Of a DNA stretch of 64,000 bases, positions 16,921 to 27,418 are shown piece after piece (within the stretch, counting starts at the first letter, position 1; each line of letters opens with the position of its first letter). A model generated the notes under the pieces. It was not told the DNA's origin. It saw only the letters and a program-made list of their open reading frames with translations, and did not search any database. A program made the translations under genes and the position numbers. Where the stretch lies: the NCBI GenBank assembly GCA_026395995.1, contig JAPLXQ010000006.1, forward strand, positions 18,983 to 82,982, in the 5' to 3' direction. This stretch comes from Candidatus Nomurabacteria bacterium (GTDB taxonomy: Bacteria; Patescibacteriota; Minisyncoccia; Phycocordibacterales; UBA9973).

Positions 16921-17539
16921 AATGTCTATTTTGTAAAGCGTTCTTTATGGTTTCATTATCAGAATACTCGAGTTCAGTACCAGTAGATAAACCACGACCA
17001 AGGGAAGAGATTTTAATATTCAAAGATTCAGCCAATTCTCGAAGTTGGCTTTTTATATACATATCAGTATGATCACCTTGAGGTGAGAGGGAAAAGGCGA
17101 GGATTATTTCCTTCAAATTATTTTTATTGTTATTTATTTTATCTTTCAATTCATTGAGGCGAATTCGAGCTGGAGTACTTTTTTCTACTATTGGAACAAG
17201 TCCGCCTAGAACAAAATATTTTCCACTATAATTTTTACTCTTTTTAACACTTTCTAAATCGGAATCTTTTTCAATAATCATTAATATGCTCTGGTCAGTC
17301 TTTGGGTTAGAACAAATATCACAAATTTTTTTCTCATCTACGCTATAGCGTAGATTAAAGAATCGGAAACATTCAGCACATTGAGAAATTTCTTTCTTTA
17401 AATCTAAAATTAATTTTGCTAAATTTTCAGAATAATTTGGATTACGTGCCATTAGAAAATACACAAAACGTTTTGCTTGTCTTTCTCCGATACCGGGGAA
17501 TTCTTTAAAGTATTCTGTTAGTTTTTCAATTGCATCCAT
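16919..17539 (-). CDS. recR: Recombination protein RecR
   Basis: N-terminal LTEYFKEFPGIGERQAKRFVYFLM (HhH), the C4 zinc finger CAECFRFFN...CDICSNP, and a Toprim-like region. Confidence 0.88.
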   Translation of the reverse strand: MDAIEKLTEYFKEFPGIGERQAKRFVYFLMARNPNYSENLAKLILDLKKEISQCAECFRFFNLRYSVDEKKICDICSNPKTDQSILMIIEKDSDLESVKKSKNYSGKYFVLGGLVPIVEKSTPARIRLNELKDKINNNKNNLKEIILAFSLSPQGDHTDMYIKSQLRELAESLNIKISSLGRGLSTGTELEYSDNETIKNALQNRH

Positions 17540-17541
17540 AT

Positions 17542-18933
17542 TTAAAATTCATCTAAAGCATCAGCTTTTTTATTTGAAGAAAATTCACTTAAATTATTTT
17601 TATCAATAGACAAAAAAGATGTAGTCTTATCATCAAAATAAAGGTCCACTTTACCTGTAGGTCCATTACGATGTTTTTCAATCAAGATTTCGGCGATATT
17701 TGTACGCTCAGATTCATCTTTACCTTTATCTTCACGGTGAATAAACATTACGACGTCAGCATCTTGTTCAATAGATCCAGAGTCACGAAGGTCAGAAAGG
17801 CGAGGCTTACCTCCACGAGATTCCACAGCACGAGAAAGCTGTGAAAGTGCAATTACAGGCACATCGAGCTCTTTGGCTAAGCCTTTCAATGAACGAGAGA
17901 TTTCAGTCACTTGGTTCACCATAGAATCATAACTCTTTGATGTAGTCATAAGCTGCAAGTAGTCGACGACAATAAGATCAAGACCTTTTTCAGCTTTCAA
18001 ACGTCGTGAAGCAGCTTTCATTTTTGCTATCGAGTTACCAGCTTGATCATCGATAAAGATTTTTGCTTTTGAAAGTTTATCTAGAGAGTCACGAAGTTGA
18101 GAAAATTCTTTATCAGAAGATAAATTTCCTGTACGCAAATTCCAAGCATTCACTTTTGATTCAGCTGAGAGCATTCTATCAATCAATTGTTGAGTAGACA
18201 TTTCCAGAGAAAAAATACCGACAGATTTACCGTGCTGGGTTGCAGCCAAGCGGGCAATATCGAGGGCGAGAGTCGTCTTACCTACAGATGGACGAGCAGC
18301 GAGAATTATCAAGTCTGATTTTTGGAAACCAGAAAGCATTGTATCCAAATCTCGAAAACCAGTCGGAATTCCACGTATTTCACCTTTATTTTCATGAAGT
18401 CTGGATAGTCGATCAAAGGCTTCAGGTAAAGCGTCTTTCATGCTCACAAATTTTTGATTCTTTGGTGAAGAAACGACAGCAAACATTTTCTTTTCTGCCA
18501 TATCGAGAATTTCCTCCATGTGATCATCACCTTCATCAAAAGCGAGTTCTGAAACATAATCTGCGGCGTCGATGAGTGAACGTAGAATAAATTTCTTTTG
18601 CACAATGTCAGCGTAGTGGCGGACATTTGTCGAAGAAGGAACAATATTTACTATTTCAGCGAGATATTGATTTCCACCGACAGCTTCGAGGAGTTTTCTT
18701 TCAGAAAGTTTTGTCGAAAGTGAAAGCATATCGATAGGTTCATTGGCTCTAGCCAAATCCATCATTGTATCAAAAAGTATTTTATTTTTTTCTACGTAAA
18801 AAGAATCTCCAGTAATGACATCTTCGATATCATTAATAGCATCTTTACGTAAAAGTATAGATCCAAGAACAGCTTTTTCTGAATCAATGCTTTGTGGTGG
18901 AATGCGAATTTCATTTTTCTTAAATTTTGACAT
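17542..18933 (-). CDS. dnaB: Replicative DNA helicase DnaB
   Basis: N-terminal DnaB domain (PPQSIDSEKAVLGSILL), Walker A ARPSVGKTTLALDIA, IVVDYLQLM, and the RecA-like C-terminal domain. Confidence 0.9.
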   Translation of the reverse strand: MSKFKKNEIRIPPQSIDSEKAVLGSILLRKDAINDIEDVITGDSFYVEKNKILFDTMMDLARANEPIDMLSLSTKLSERKLLEAVGGNQYLAEIVNIVPSSTNVRHYADIVQKKFILRSLIDAADYVSELAFDEGDDHMEEILDMAEKKMFAVVSSPKNQKFVSMKDALPEAFDRLSRLHENKGEIRGIPTGFRDLDTMLSGFQKSDLIILAARPSVGKTTLALDIARLAATQHGKSVGIFSLEMSTQQLIDRMLSAESKVNAWNLRTGNLSSDKEFSQLRDSLDKLSKAKIFIDDQAGNSIAKMKAASRRLKAEKGLDLIVVDYLQLMTTSKSYDSMVNQVTEISRSLKGLAKELDVPVIALSQLSRAVESRGGKPRLSDLRDSGSIEQDADVVMFIHREDKGKDESERTNIAEILIEKHRNGPTGKVDLYFDDKTTSFLSIDKNNLSEFSSNKKADALDEF

Positions 18934-19051
18934 AGGTGCATTTTAGCACAATCAATAGATAGGTGAATAGAGACAAATAGCATAACTATGTTATTAAAAT
19001 GGGGAAAAGGTTTATACTGAAAAATATTAGAATTTATGATAATATATAGGA

Positions 19052-20071
19052 ATGGAAAATAAACCAGAAACAAAAGAAATAATAGTTTTGACAGGTGATA
19101 GACCAACAGGAAAACTCCACTTGGGGCATTTTGTCGGTTCTATTCAAAATAGACTTAAACTTCAAAATGAAGCTAAAAAATCTTTTTATATGGTTGCTGA
19201 TATGCAAGCTCTCACTGATAACGCTGAAAATCCAGAAAAAATTCGTATCAATACACTCGAAGTCGCACTCGACAACCTCGCTTGTGGACTCGATCCAGCT
19301 AAGACAACAATGTTCATACAATCCCAAATTCCTGAAATTGCAGAATTAGCACTCCTTTTTATGAATCTAGTAACACTCGCTCGTTTAAAAAGAAACCCAA
19401 CAGTAAAATCTGAAATGCAACAAAAAGGTTTCGGTGAAGATGTTCCAGCAGGATTTCTAGTTTACCCAGTTTCTCAAGCAGCAGATATTTTATTTGCAAA
19501 AGCAAACTTGATTCCAGTCGGTGAAGATCAAAAGCCAATGATCGAACAAACAAATGAAATAGTAGATTCATTCAATCGCATTTATGGAGATACTTTTAAT
19601 AGAGTCTCACATTTAGTCGGAGAAACTCCACGTCTGGTCGGCACTGATGGTAATTCAAAAATGTCTAAATCATTAAACAATGGAATTTATCTTTCTGATT
19701 CAGATGAAACAATAGAAAAGAAAGTCATGGAAATGTATACAGACCCAAACCATATTCATGTACAAGACCCAGGCAATGTCGAAGGTAACGTTGTTTTTAT
19801 GTATCTCGATATTTTTGATACAAATAAAGAAGAAGTTGCAGATCTAAAAGAACAATATAAAAAGGGTGGACTCGGTGACGTTATTCTAAAAAAACGTCTA
19901 GCAAAAGTTTTGTCTGAAATAATAGCTCCTATTCGTGAGAAAAGAGAAAAATTAGCTGAGAATCCAAAAATGGTTATGGATATTCTAGAAGAAGGTACAA
20001 AAAAAGCTCGTGAAGAAGCAATTCAAACATTAAATGAAGTTCGCCGTGCAATGAAAATAGATTTTTTTTAA
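19052..20071 (+). CDS. trpS: Tryptophanyl-tRNA synthetase
   Basis: TGDRPTGKLHLGHFVGS (HIGH-region) and KMSKSLNN (KMSKS). Class I aaRS of 339 aa, the typical size. Confidence 0.88.
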   Translation: MENKPETKEIIVLTGDRPTGKLHLGHFVGSIQNRLKLQNEAKKSFYMVADMQALTDNAENPEKIRINTLEVALDNLACGLDPAKTTMFIQSQIPEIAELALLFMNLVTLARLKRNPTVKSEMQQKGFGEDVPAGFLVYPVSQAADILFAKANLIPVGEDQKPMIEQTNEIVDSFNRIYGDTFNRVSHLVGETPRLVGTDGNSKMSKSLNNGIYLSDSDETIEKKVMEMYTDPNHIHVQDPGNVEGNVVFMYLDIFDTNKEEVADLKEQYKKGGLGDVILKKRLAKVLSEIIAPIREKREKLAENPKMVMDILEEGTKKAREEAIQTLNEVRRAMKIDFF

Positions 20072-20091
20072 AAGTTAACTAAAAAATAAAA

Positions 20092-21906
20092 ATGAATAAA
20101 GAAAAAAACAAAAAAAGCTTTATAGCTCAGATATTAGTTTTGTTTAAACCATTCTGGAGATATATTTCTATTATTGTTTTTATATTAATAATAATTCAAT
20201 TAATTGGTACTCTTGCCCCATATTTACTTGGTAAAAGTATTGACGCTATTACAAAAGGAAATGTTCATTTAACATTTTTGCTTTTATTTATTTCATTAAT
20301 AATATCTATTTTTCAAAGTATTGGTTTGTGGTGGTTGAAAGAATATGTAGAAATTAAAAAATTAGATACTCATATACAAAAATCTTTTTCGATTTATTCT
20401 CTAACTAAAATGTTGCAATTTTCTATTGGTCAACATATTAATGAACATTCAGGAGTAAAACAAACTATTGTAAATAAAGGACAAAATTCAGTAAGTAATT
20501 TAATTGAAATAGTCTTTTATAATTTAATTCCAAATTTACTTCAAGTTTTAGTAACATTAATAATATTATTTATTTTTGACTGGAGGATAGCCATTATTGC
20601 TTTTGTTTTTGTTACTATTTATATAATAGTTTCATATAGAAGAAATATAATTGTTTTTCCAATTGTAGATGAAATAAGAAAAAAACATCAGGCTCAAGGA
20701 AAGACAGAATCAGAATTATATAGAAATTCAACATTGGTTATTTCTGAAGCTCAAGAAAAAGAAACTATCAAAAATTTCACTAAATTTTGGAATAATCTTA
20801 CAGATTTTGAAAATCAAACTTGGATTAATTATTTAAAAAAATTCTATCCACAAAAATTATTTATCTTGTTTGGTCAATATGCCTGTTTAGCTCTTGGTTT
20901 ATACCTTATATTAATAGGTGAACATTCTATTGGTATGATAGTAACACTTTTTTCATGGTTAAATTCTGTTTTTGGAAATTTAATCAACATAATGAGCACT
21001 CAAAGAAGAATTTTATTTTTAATTGTTGAAATACGAAAATATTTTGATTTATTAGATATCGTTCCTGATATTGATCCAAATCCAAAAGGAGTAATAATAG
21101 AAAAATTAAAAGGACAAATAGAATTTAGAAATGTAAATTTTGCTTATCCATATCGTAAATCGGAAAAAGAAGAGGAAGAAGAAAAAGATACGAGTGAAAA
21201 TAAAGAAGACCATACTGTTTCAAATATTAATTTCATAATTCCAGCTGGAGCCAAGGTCGGCTTTGTAGGTATGTCTGGTTCAGGAAAGACCACTATCGTA
21301 AACCTTATACGTAGATATTATGAAGCCACTGATGGAGAAATTTTAATAGATGGAGTTCCATTAAAAGAAATAAATCTAAAATGGCTTCGTTCACATATAG
21401 GTAACGTCGAACAAAAAATAGATTTATTTGATAGAAGTATAAAGGATAATATTTTATTTGGATTACCAGAAGGACAGAAAAATGTTGAAGATAAAAAATT
21501 ACAAAAAGCAGTAAAAGATGCTTCTTTGACAGAATTTATTGAAAAATTAAAAGATCATGGACTCGAGACAATGATCGGTGAAGGAGGAATAAAAGTTTCT
21601 GGTGGTGAAAGACAGCGTATAGGCATCGCTCGTGCACTCATCAAAGATCCTAAAATACTTATTTTTGATGAAGCTACAAGTGCCCTCGATTCACACAATG
21701 AAAAATTAATTCATGATGCGATAAACAAAGGTTCAAAAGGTAGAACAACTATTATTATTGCTCACAGACTTTCAACCATCGCTGATGCTGACAAAATATT
21801 CGTCGTAGCAGATGGAAAAATAGTAGGAGAGGGAACTCATGAAAAACTTTCAAAATCTTGCAAAGAATATAAGAATCTCTTAAAATATCAGCTTTTCGGA
21901 GTATAA
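20092..21906 (+). CDS. ABC transporter, fused permease + ATPase (exporter type, MsbA-like), with an acidic low-complexity insert in the NBD
   Basis: Six N-terminal TM helices; Walker A GMSGSGKTT; signature LSGGERQRIGIARAL; Walker B ILIFDEATSALD. Insert YRKSEKEEEEEKDTSENKEDH between NFAYPY and the Walker A region. Confidence 0.85.
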   Translation: MNKEKNKKSFIAQILVLFKPFWRYISIIVFILIIIQLIGTLAPYLLGKSIDAITKGNVHLTFLLLFISLIISIFQSIGLWWLKEYVEIKKLDTHIQKSFSIYSLTKMLQFSIGQHINEHSGVKQTIVNKGQNSVSNLIEIVFYNLIPNLLQVLVTLIILFIFDWRIAIIAFVFVTIYIIVSYRRNIIVFPIVDEIRKKHQAQGKTESELYRNSTLVISEAQEKETIKNFTKFWNNLTDFENQTWINYLKKFYPQKLFILFGQYACLALGLYLILIGEHSIGMIVTLFSWLNSVFGNLINIMSTQRRILFLIVEIRKYFDLLDIVPDIDPNPKGVIIEKLKGQIEFRNVNFAYPYRKSEKEEEEEKDTSENKEDHTVSNINFIIPAGAKVGFVGMSGSGKTTIVNLIRRYYEATDGEILIDGVPLKEINLKWLRSHIGNVEQKIDLFDRSIKDNILFGLPEGQKNVEDKKLQKAVKDASLTEFIEKLKDHGLETMIGEGGIKVSGGERQRIGIARALIKDPKILIFDEATSALDSHNEKLIHDAINKGSKGRTTIIIAHRLSTIADADKIFVVADGKIVGEGTHEKLSKSCKEYKNLLKYQLFGV

Positions 21907-21916
21907 AATATCTTAA

Positions 21917-21953
21917 AACAACTATCTAGGACTGTCCTAGATAGTTGTTTGCT
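21917..21953 (+). terminator. Rho-independent terminator: 16-bp perfect stem AACAACTATCTAGGAC / GTCCTAGATAGTTGTT
   Basis: Read directly after the ABC transporter stop; followed by TGCTATTT. Confidence 0.75.
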
Positions 21954-22009
21954 ATTTCTATAATATATGATATAGTTTATTTGAAATAAATAGTATAAAA
22001 AATATAAAT

Positions 22010-22255
22010 ATGTTTGCAACAATCGAACAGGCTTTAGATGTCTACAAACAAGAGGTTAAAGATTATTTAACATGGTTTGAGACACTCAATTTACCCAAAG
22101 AGGGAACAATAGAATTAAAATTAGGAATTTTAGACCCTATTGACTATGACAAGTTCATGGCTTGGCAGGAAAAAATGGCTAGTATGGTCAAAGTTTTAGG
22201 CCTAACTGAAAAAGAAGAAGCAGAAATTGATTCTGAGTTGGGTGTAATAGCCTAA
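22010..22255 (+). CDS. Hypothetical small protein (81 aa)
   Basis: ORF only. Confidence 0.3.
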   Translation: MFATIEQALDVYKQEVKDYLTWFETLNLPKEGTIELKLGILDPIDYDKFMAWQEKMASMVKVLGLTEKEEAEIDSELGVIA

Positions 22256-22319
22256 CTCAAAAGTTCCGAAGTTAAAAGACTCGGAGCTTTTTTATTTTTA
22301 TACTTAAAATTTACATAAA

Positions 22320-22348
22320 TTGACATACAACTAAAATTATGTTAAATT
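22320..22348 (+). promoter_or_regulatory. Candidate sigma70 promoter TTGACA-N17-TAAATT upstream of the GNAT gene
   Basis: Consensus -35 hexamer at 22320-22325, -10 at 22343-22348, 25 nt before the ATG. Confidence 0.4.
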
Positions 22349-22373
22349 AAAGAAAAATTGTAAATTATAAAAT

Positions 22374-22973
22374 ATGAATAAAAAATCATTATTTGAAGTA
22401 AAAGTTGATGAAAATATCACTTTACGTATCAGAAACATTGAAGACTCAGCAATACTGTTTAATCTGATAAATAAAAATAGGAAACATCTTTCAGAATTTT
22501 TGAATTGGGTTCCAAAAACAAAAGAAGTATCTGATACGGAAAATTTCATTCTTAGAAAAATCGAAGAGTTTGAAAAAGGCACTAGTTGTGACTTTGGAAT
22601 TTATTATGACAATATACTTATTGGCTCTGCTGGATTTCATAGTATCTGTAAAACAAACAAACATGCTTCTATTGGATATCTAATTTCAAAAGAGTATGAA
22701 GGGAAAGGTATTGTTACAAAAGTAGTAACAAAATTGCTTGAAATTGGTTTAGAAAAGTATAAGTTGCATCGCGTAGAAATACGGATGATTGTTGAAAATA
22801 AAAAAAGCCAAGCTATTCCAAAAAAACTTGGTTTTAAACACGAAGGCACTCTGCGTGACATTATTTTTGTAAATAATAAATTTCATAGTATGGAAATTTG
22901 GAGCACATTGCTTTGTCCTATAAAAAAGGGACTTAACAATAAAAAAGAAGATAACAAATGTAACGGAAAATAA
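22374..22973 (+). CDS. GNAT-family N-acetyltransferase (RimJ/RimL-like)
   Basis: ITLRIRNIEDSAILFNLINKNRKHLSEFLNWV..., IGYLISKEYEGKGIVTKVV (acetyl-CoA binding Q/RxxGxG/A-like), LHRVEIRMIVENKKSQAIPKKLGFKHEGTLRD. Confidence 0.75.
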   Translation: MNKKSLFEVKVDENITLRIRNIEDSAILFNLINKNRKHLSEFLNWVPKTKEVSDTENFILRKIEEFEKGTSCDFGIYYDNILIGSAGFHSICKTNKHASIGYLISKEYEGKGIVTKVVTKLLEIGLEKYKLHRVEIRMIVENKKSQAIPKKLGFKHEGTLRDIIFVNNKFHSMEIWSTLLCPIKKGLNNKKEDNKCNGK

Positions 22974-22976
22974 CTA

Positions 22977-23005
22977 AAAGTCTCTCGGAAACGAGGGACT
23001 TTTTA
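22977..23005 (+). terminator. Rho-independent terminator (AAAAGTCTCTCG gaaa CGAGGGACTTTTT)
   Basis: Hairpin plus T-run read directly after the GNAT gene stop. Confidence 0.6.
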
Positions 23006-23034
23006 ATTTCTAATTTTTATGATAAAGTTTAAAC

Positions 23035-24420
23035 ATGCAAAATAGAACATATATTAAAGATTTAAATACAAAAGTAGGGGAGGAAGTTATCATTGCTGGA
23101 TGGGTAGACATTCGTCGAGACCAAGGTAAAATGGTCTTTTTTGACATGCGTGATATGACTGGAAAAATCCAATGCGTTACTTTACCAAACAGTGAAGCAA
23201 TAATACTAGCAAAAGAAATCCGCCCTGAATGGGTTTTGAAAATTAATGCCAAAGTAAATGCTCGCCCTGAAAAGAATATAAAAATTGGAGTTGTAAATGG
23301 TGATGTAGAACTTGAAGTATTAACTATTGAAGTTTTAAACGAAGCAAAAACTCCACCATTCCAAGTAAATGAAAATACGAGTGGAATCAATGAAGATTTA
23401 AGAATGAAATACAAATATTTAGATTTGCGCACAGAAAGAATGCAAAAAAATATTCGTATGCGTGACAAGATCGTGACATTTTTCCGCCAATATATGCACG
23501 ACAATGGTTTCCTCGATGTTGAAACACCAATAATGACAAAAGGTACACCTGAAGGTTCACGTGAATACCTCGTGCCATCTCGCCTTGAACCAGGAAATTT
23601 TTATGTACTTCCACAATCACCTCAACAATTCAAACAGCTTTGTATGGTGGGAGGCGTAGAAAAATATTTCCAAATTGCAAAATGTATGCGTGATGAAGAT
23701 ACTCGTGGTGATCGTCAACCAGAATTCACTCAGCTCGACTATGAAATGTCTTTCATAACTCAAGAAGAAATTATTGCTTACACAGAAGAAATGTTTATTA
23801 AAATGGTGCAAACTGTTTACCCTGAAAAGAAAATTCAGCAAATTCCATTCCCACGTCTTACTTATGCTGAATCAATGGAAAAATATGGAAATGACAAACC
23901 AGACTTGAGAGAAAATAAAGAAGATCCAAACTTACTCGCATTTTGCTGGGTAGTTGATTTTCCAATGTTTGAAAAAGATTCTGAAGGTGGAGTACAAGCA
24001 GTGCACCACCCATTTACTTCACCGAAGGCTGAAGACGCGCACCTACTCGAGACTGATCCGCTTTCTGCTCGTGCAAATGCATATGACATAGTATTAAACG
24101 GTTATGAACTCGGTGGAGGAAGTATCCGTATTCACCAAAGAGAATTACAAAATAAAATTTTCGAATTACTTGGCCTTTCAAAAGAACTCATCGAAGCTCG
24201 TTTCGGTCACATGCTCGAAGCTTTTGAATACGGTGCTCCACCACACGGAGGCTGTGCACAAGGTATCGATCGTATTGTTATGTTACTTCAAAATGAACCA
24301 AATATTCGTGAAGTTATTGCTTTCCCAAAGACTGGTGAAGGTAAAGACTTAATGATGGGCGCTCCTTCTCTCGCATCTGATAAACAACTCAAAGAACTCG
24401 GTATACAGTTAAAAAAATAA
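23035..24420 (+). CDS. aspS: Aspartyl-tRNA synthetase, bacterial type but lacking the GAD insertion domain (probably non-discriminating, given gatB in the same window)
   Basis: N-terminal OB anticodon-binding domain; motif 2 [24 protein letters not shown]; DKPDLR followed almost directly by WVVDFPMFE with no ~100-aa GAD domain; motif 3 GGGSIRIH...GIDRIVMLL. Confidence 0.85.
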   Translation: MQNRTYIKDLNTKVGEEVIIAGWVDIRRDQGKMVFFDMRDMTGKIQCVTLPNSEAIILAKEIRPEWVLKINAKVNARPEKNIKIGVVNGDVELEVLTIEVLNEAKTPPFQVNENTSGINEDLRMKYKYLDLRTERMQKNIRMRDKIVTFFRQYMHDNGFLDVETPIMTKGTPEGSREYLVPSRLEPGNFYVLPQSPQQFKQLCMVGGVEKYFQIAKCMRDEDTRGDRQPEFTQLDYEMSFITQEEIIAYTEEMFIKMVQTVYPEKKIQQIPFPRLTYAESMEKYGNDKPDLRENKEDPNLLAFCWVVDFPMFEKDSEGGVQAVHHPFTSPKAEDAHLLETDPLSARANAYDIVLNGYELGGGSIRIHQRELQNKIFELLGLSKELIEARFGHMLEAFEYGAPPHGGCAQGIDRIVMLLQNEPNIREVIAFPKTGEGKDLMMGAPSLASDKQLKELGIQLKK

Positions 24421-24422
24421 AA

Positions 24423-24454
24423 AATAGGTATCAGAATTAAATCTGATACCTATT
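24423..24454. terminator. Bidirectional terminator: 13-bp perfect stem AATAGGTATCAGA / TCTGATACCTATT
   Basis: Read directly between the convergent aspS and 24478..24885 genes. Confidence 0.75.
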
Positions 24455-24477
24455 AAGTTCACATGCATTAAAATTTT

Positions 24478-24885
24478 TTAAAATGTATGTGCTGTAAAGT
24501 TAAACTTATTGCTTAAACATATCTGAATGGAACCATCCGGATATTCCAAAATCATATTAAACTCTGCAATATAAGAGTGACCTGGAGTAGTCATTATGCA
24601 GTAGACCACTCTATTTGTAGTATCTGCTACATTAGAGTGATGTAAAATCTCCTGAGAAATTAACGGTTCATTAATTGTAGAGTCAAATACATTTGAATTA
24701 ATTTTCATAGAATTAAATCCTGGTGTAATTTTATCCCAGGAAATTTCAGCCATTGTTACATTCATTCCAACTGCATTTGGAATACTTTTTAATGTATCTG
24801 CTACAATTTCTTGTGCATTAATTTTTACTACAGAGATCACTAAGTTCATAATGATCATTCCTACGATAATTGTTACTTTTTTCAT
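24478..24885 (-). CDS. Hypothetical secreted protein (start trimmed to MKKVTIIVGMIIMNLVISVVKINAQ signal peptide)
   Basis: Signal peptide with an AQ-E cleavage-like site; no other motif. Confidence 0.4.
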   Translation of the reverse strand: MKKVTIIVGMIIMNLVISVVKINAQEIVADTLKSIPNAVGMNVTMAEISWDKITPGFNSMKINSNVFDSTINEPLISQEILHHSNVADTTNRVVYCIMTTPGHSYIAEFNMILEYPDGSIQICLSNKFNFTAHTF

Positions 24886-25044
24886 TTTTATATATAGATT
24901 TAATTGATTTCCGCAAATCCCTAAAGGATCTCTGGTAATCAATCAAATCTCTTTTTTAAATAACCTTTAACTACATCAAGTATAGCATATATATAATAAA
25001 AAGTCAAGTATAGAAATACCCCTTAAAAATGCTATTATATAAGG

Positions 25045-25815
25045 ATGGAAGAGGAAATCTCAGAAAATTCTTATATCGTAAAAACTACAGGCTTTGAAGG
25101 TCCTTTTAGTTTGCTTTTAAACTTGATTGAATCAAGAAAACTTTTCGTGAACGAAATATCTTTATCTCAAGTTACCGAAGATTATATTAGCTATATAAAT
25201 AAATTAGACAATCTCAGTCATGTTGAAATTTCAAACTTTGTCGTCGTGGCGGCGACTTTGATATTAATCAAATCAAAATCATTATTACCAAATATGAATC
25301 TCACTTCTGAAGAAGAAGGTGAGATAGTGAATTTAGAAGATAGACTTCGCTTGTACGAAGTTTTTTCTAAATTAGCAATCAATGTAAAAGAACAATTTGG
25401 GAAAAATATTATTTTTTCTCCACTTGAAAGAAAAATGGAAAAAGAAATATTTGTACCTGATATACATATAGATACACAAACAATGCATGCCTTAGTATCA
25501 GAAGTTTTAGAAAAAATTCCTAAAAAAATAGAACTTCAGGAAGTAGAAGTCAAAAAAGTCATTAGTATCGAAGAAATGATAGATGATCTCACCCAAAGAA
25601 TTCAAAATTCTATGCAATTAAATTTCAAAGAATTCACCGGTCACAATGGAGAGAAAAGAGCTTTCACCAAAGAAGAAAGGGTAGTTGTAATTGTGGGATT
25701 TCTTGCTATGCTTGAGATGGTCAGACAAGGTATTGTAAATGTAATTCAAAATGATAATTTTCAAGATATAATAATTGAAAAAGAAACATTAATAATTAAC
25801 GAAGAAATTATATAA
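25045..25815 (+). CDS. scpA: Segregation and condensation protein A
   Basis: N-terminal FEGPFSLLLNLIESRKLFVNEISLSQVTEDYISYI matches the ScpA kleisin signature. Confidence 0.8.
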   Translation: MEEEISENSYIVKTTGFEGPFSLLLNLIESRKLFVNEISLSQVTEDYISYINKLDNLSHVEISNFVVVAATLILIKSKSLLPNMNLTSEEEGEIVNLEDRLRLYEVFSKLAINVKEQFGKNIIFSPLERKMEKEIFVPDIHIDTQTMHALVSEVLEKIPKKIELQEVEVKKVISIEEMIDDLTQRIQNSMQLNFKEFTGHNGEKRAFTKEERVVVIVGFLAMLEMVRQGIVNVIQNDNFQDIIIEKETLIINEEII

Positions 25816-25816
25816 T

Positions 25817-26365
25817 ATGGAATTAGAAACAAAAATTGAATCAATACTTTTTTTTAAAGGTGAGCCAGTATCTATCAATACATTGGCTAGTATTTTAAAA
25901 GTTTCAAAAGAAGAAATAAAAGAAGCTATTATAAACTTATCTACAAGTCTCGAAAATCGAGGAATAGTTTTATTGGTCAAAGAAGATGAAGTAAATCTTG
26001 GCACAAACCCGACAATGTCTGAAATGATTGAAAATTTACAAAAAGAAGAACTCAATAAAGACCTTTCAAAATCAAGCTTGGAGACACTTTCTATTATTTT
26101 ATACAAAAATGGTATTAGTCGTTCTGAAATTGATTATATTCGTGGGGTTAATTCCAGCTTTATTCTTCGAGCGCTTTCTATACGTGGATTAATAGAAAAA
26201 TTAACTGATCCAAAAGATAATCGAAAATATATTTATAAACCGACCTTTGATGTATTATCCTTTATGGGCATAAAATCAGTCGAAGAATTACCAAATTATT
26301 CTGAAATAAATCCAAAAATAGAGACCGAAATTAAAAAATTAGAAGAAGAAAATTATGATAACTAA
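25817..26365 (+). CDS. scpB: Segregation and condensation protein B
   Basis: IESILFFKGEPVSINTLASIL... winged-helix ScpB pattern, immediately downstream of scpA. Confidence 0.8.
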   Translation: MELETKIESILFFKGEPVSINTLASILKVSKEEIKEAIINLSTSLENRGIVLLVKEDEVNLGTNPTMSEMIENLQKEELNKDLSKSSLETLSIILYKNGISRSEIDYIRGVNSSFILRALSIRGLIEKLTDPKDNRKYIYKPTFDVLSFMGIKSVEELPNYSEINPKIETEIKKLEEENYDN

Positions 26366-27413
26366 CTTAGTAAAAATTTTTTTACCGACAACAATAGCTT
26401 TTATAGTGGGTATTTTATTTACACCACTGGCGACACATTATTTTTATAAATATAAAATGTGGAAGAAAAAAGTTCGAAATACTGAAGATGATATTTCTTT
26501 AGCTTTTAAAGCTATCCATGAAAAGAAAGAGCAGACAGAAGTATCTACACCATGTGTCGGAGGTATTATTATCTGGGTTTCTGTTTTATTTACTATATTG
26601 TTATTTTTTATTTTGGCTCTTATTTTCCCGAATGATATATTTACAAAATTAAACTTCTTGAGTCGCTCTCAGACATTTATTCCATTAACTTTATTTATCC
26701 TCGGATCAATACTAGGGCTGATAGACGATATTTTAGAAATTAATGGTAAATCAAATATCACCCGAGATTCAAACTGGTATACCAAATTAAAAATTTCTAT
26801 TATTGTGGCTTTTGGGTTGATTGCTGGATATTGGTTTTTCTTTAAATTGGGAATGTCTTCTATTCATATTCCTTTTGACGGTTCATGGCAACTCGGCATC
26901 TTTATAATTCCTTTTGTTGTCTTAGTCATGCTTGGAACTTTTTCTGGTGGAGTCATCGATGGTATCGACGGCCTTTCAGGTGGAGTACTGGCTGCAATTT
27001 TTGGTTCTTATACCTTTATTGCTTTTACTCATAATCAAATAGATTTAGCTACTTTTTCTGGAGTTATCACTGGTGCTATTTTAGCCTTTTTATGGTTCAA
27101 CATTCCACCTGCGAGGTTTTATATGGGGGAGACGGGGATGATGCCGCTCACTATTACATTGGCCACTATAGCCTTTCTGACTGATACAGTTTTAATTTTA
27201 CCTATTATTGCTTTTGCCTTAGTCGCCACTTCTTTATCTTCTAGCATACAAATGTTTTCAAAAAAATATTTTGGTAAAAAAGTTTTTTTAGTTGCACCAT
27301 TACATCATCATTTTGAAGCCTTAGGTTGGCCGACTTATAAAATCACAATGCGATACTGGGTACTCAGTATTATGTTTGCAATTATTGGAATAATTTTAGC
27401 TACCATAAGTTAA
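26355..27413 (+). CDS. mraY: Phospho-N-acetylmuramoyl-pentapeptide transferase MraY
   Basis: VIDGIDGLSGGV (DGxDGLxxG motif), NIPPARFYMGETG and APLHHHFEALGW (the MraY HHH motif); 10 TM helices. Confidence 0.85.
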   Translation: MITNLVKIFLPTTIAFIVGILFTPLATHYFYKYKMWKKKVRNTEDDISLAFKAIHEKKEQTEVSTPCVGGIIIWVSVLFTILLFFILALIFPNDIFTKLNFLSRSQTFIPLTLFILGSILGLIDDILEINGKSNITRDSNWYTKLKISIIVAFGLIAGYWFFFKLGMSSIHIPFDGSWQLGIFIIPFVVLVMLGTFSGGVIDGIDGLSGGVLAAIFGSYTFIAFTHNQIDLATFSGVITGAILAFLWFNIPPARFYMGETGMMPLTITLATIAFLTDTVLILPIIAFALVATSLSSSIQMFSKKYFGKKVFLVAPLHHHFEALGWPTYKITMRYWVLSIMFAIIGIILATIS

Positions 27414-27418
27414 TATAA

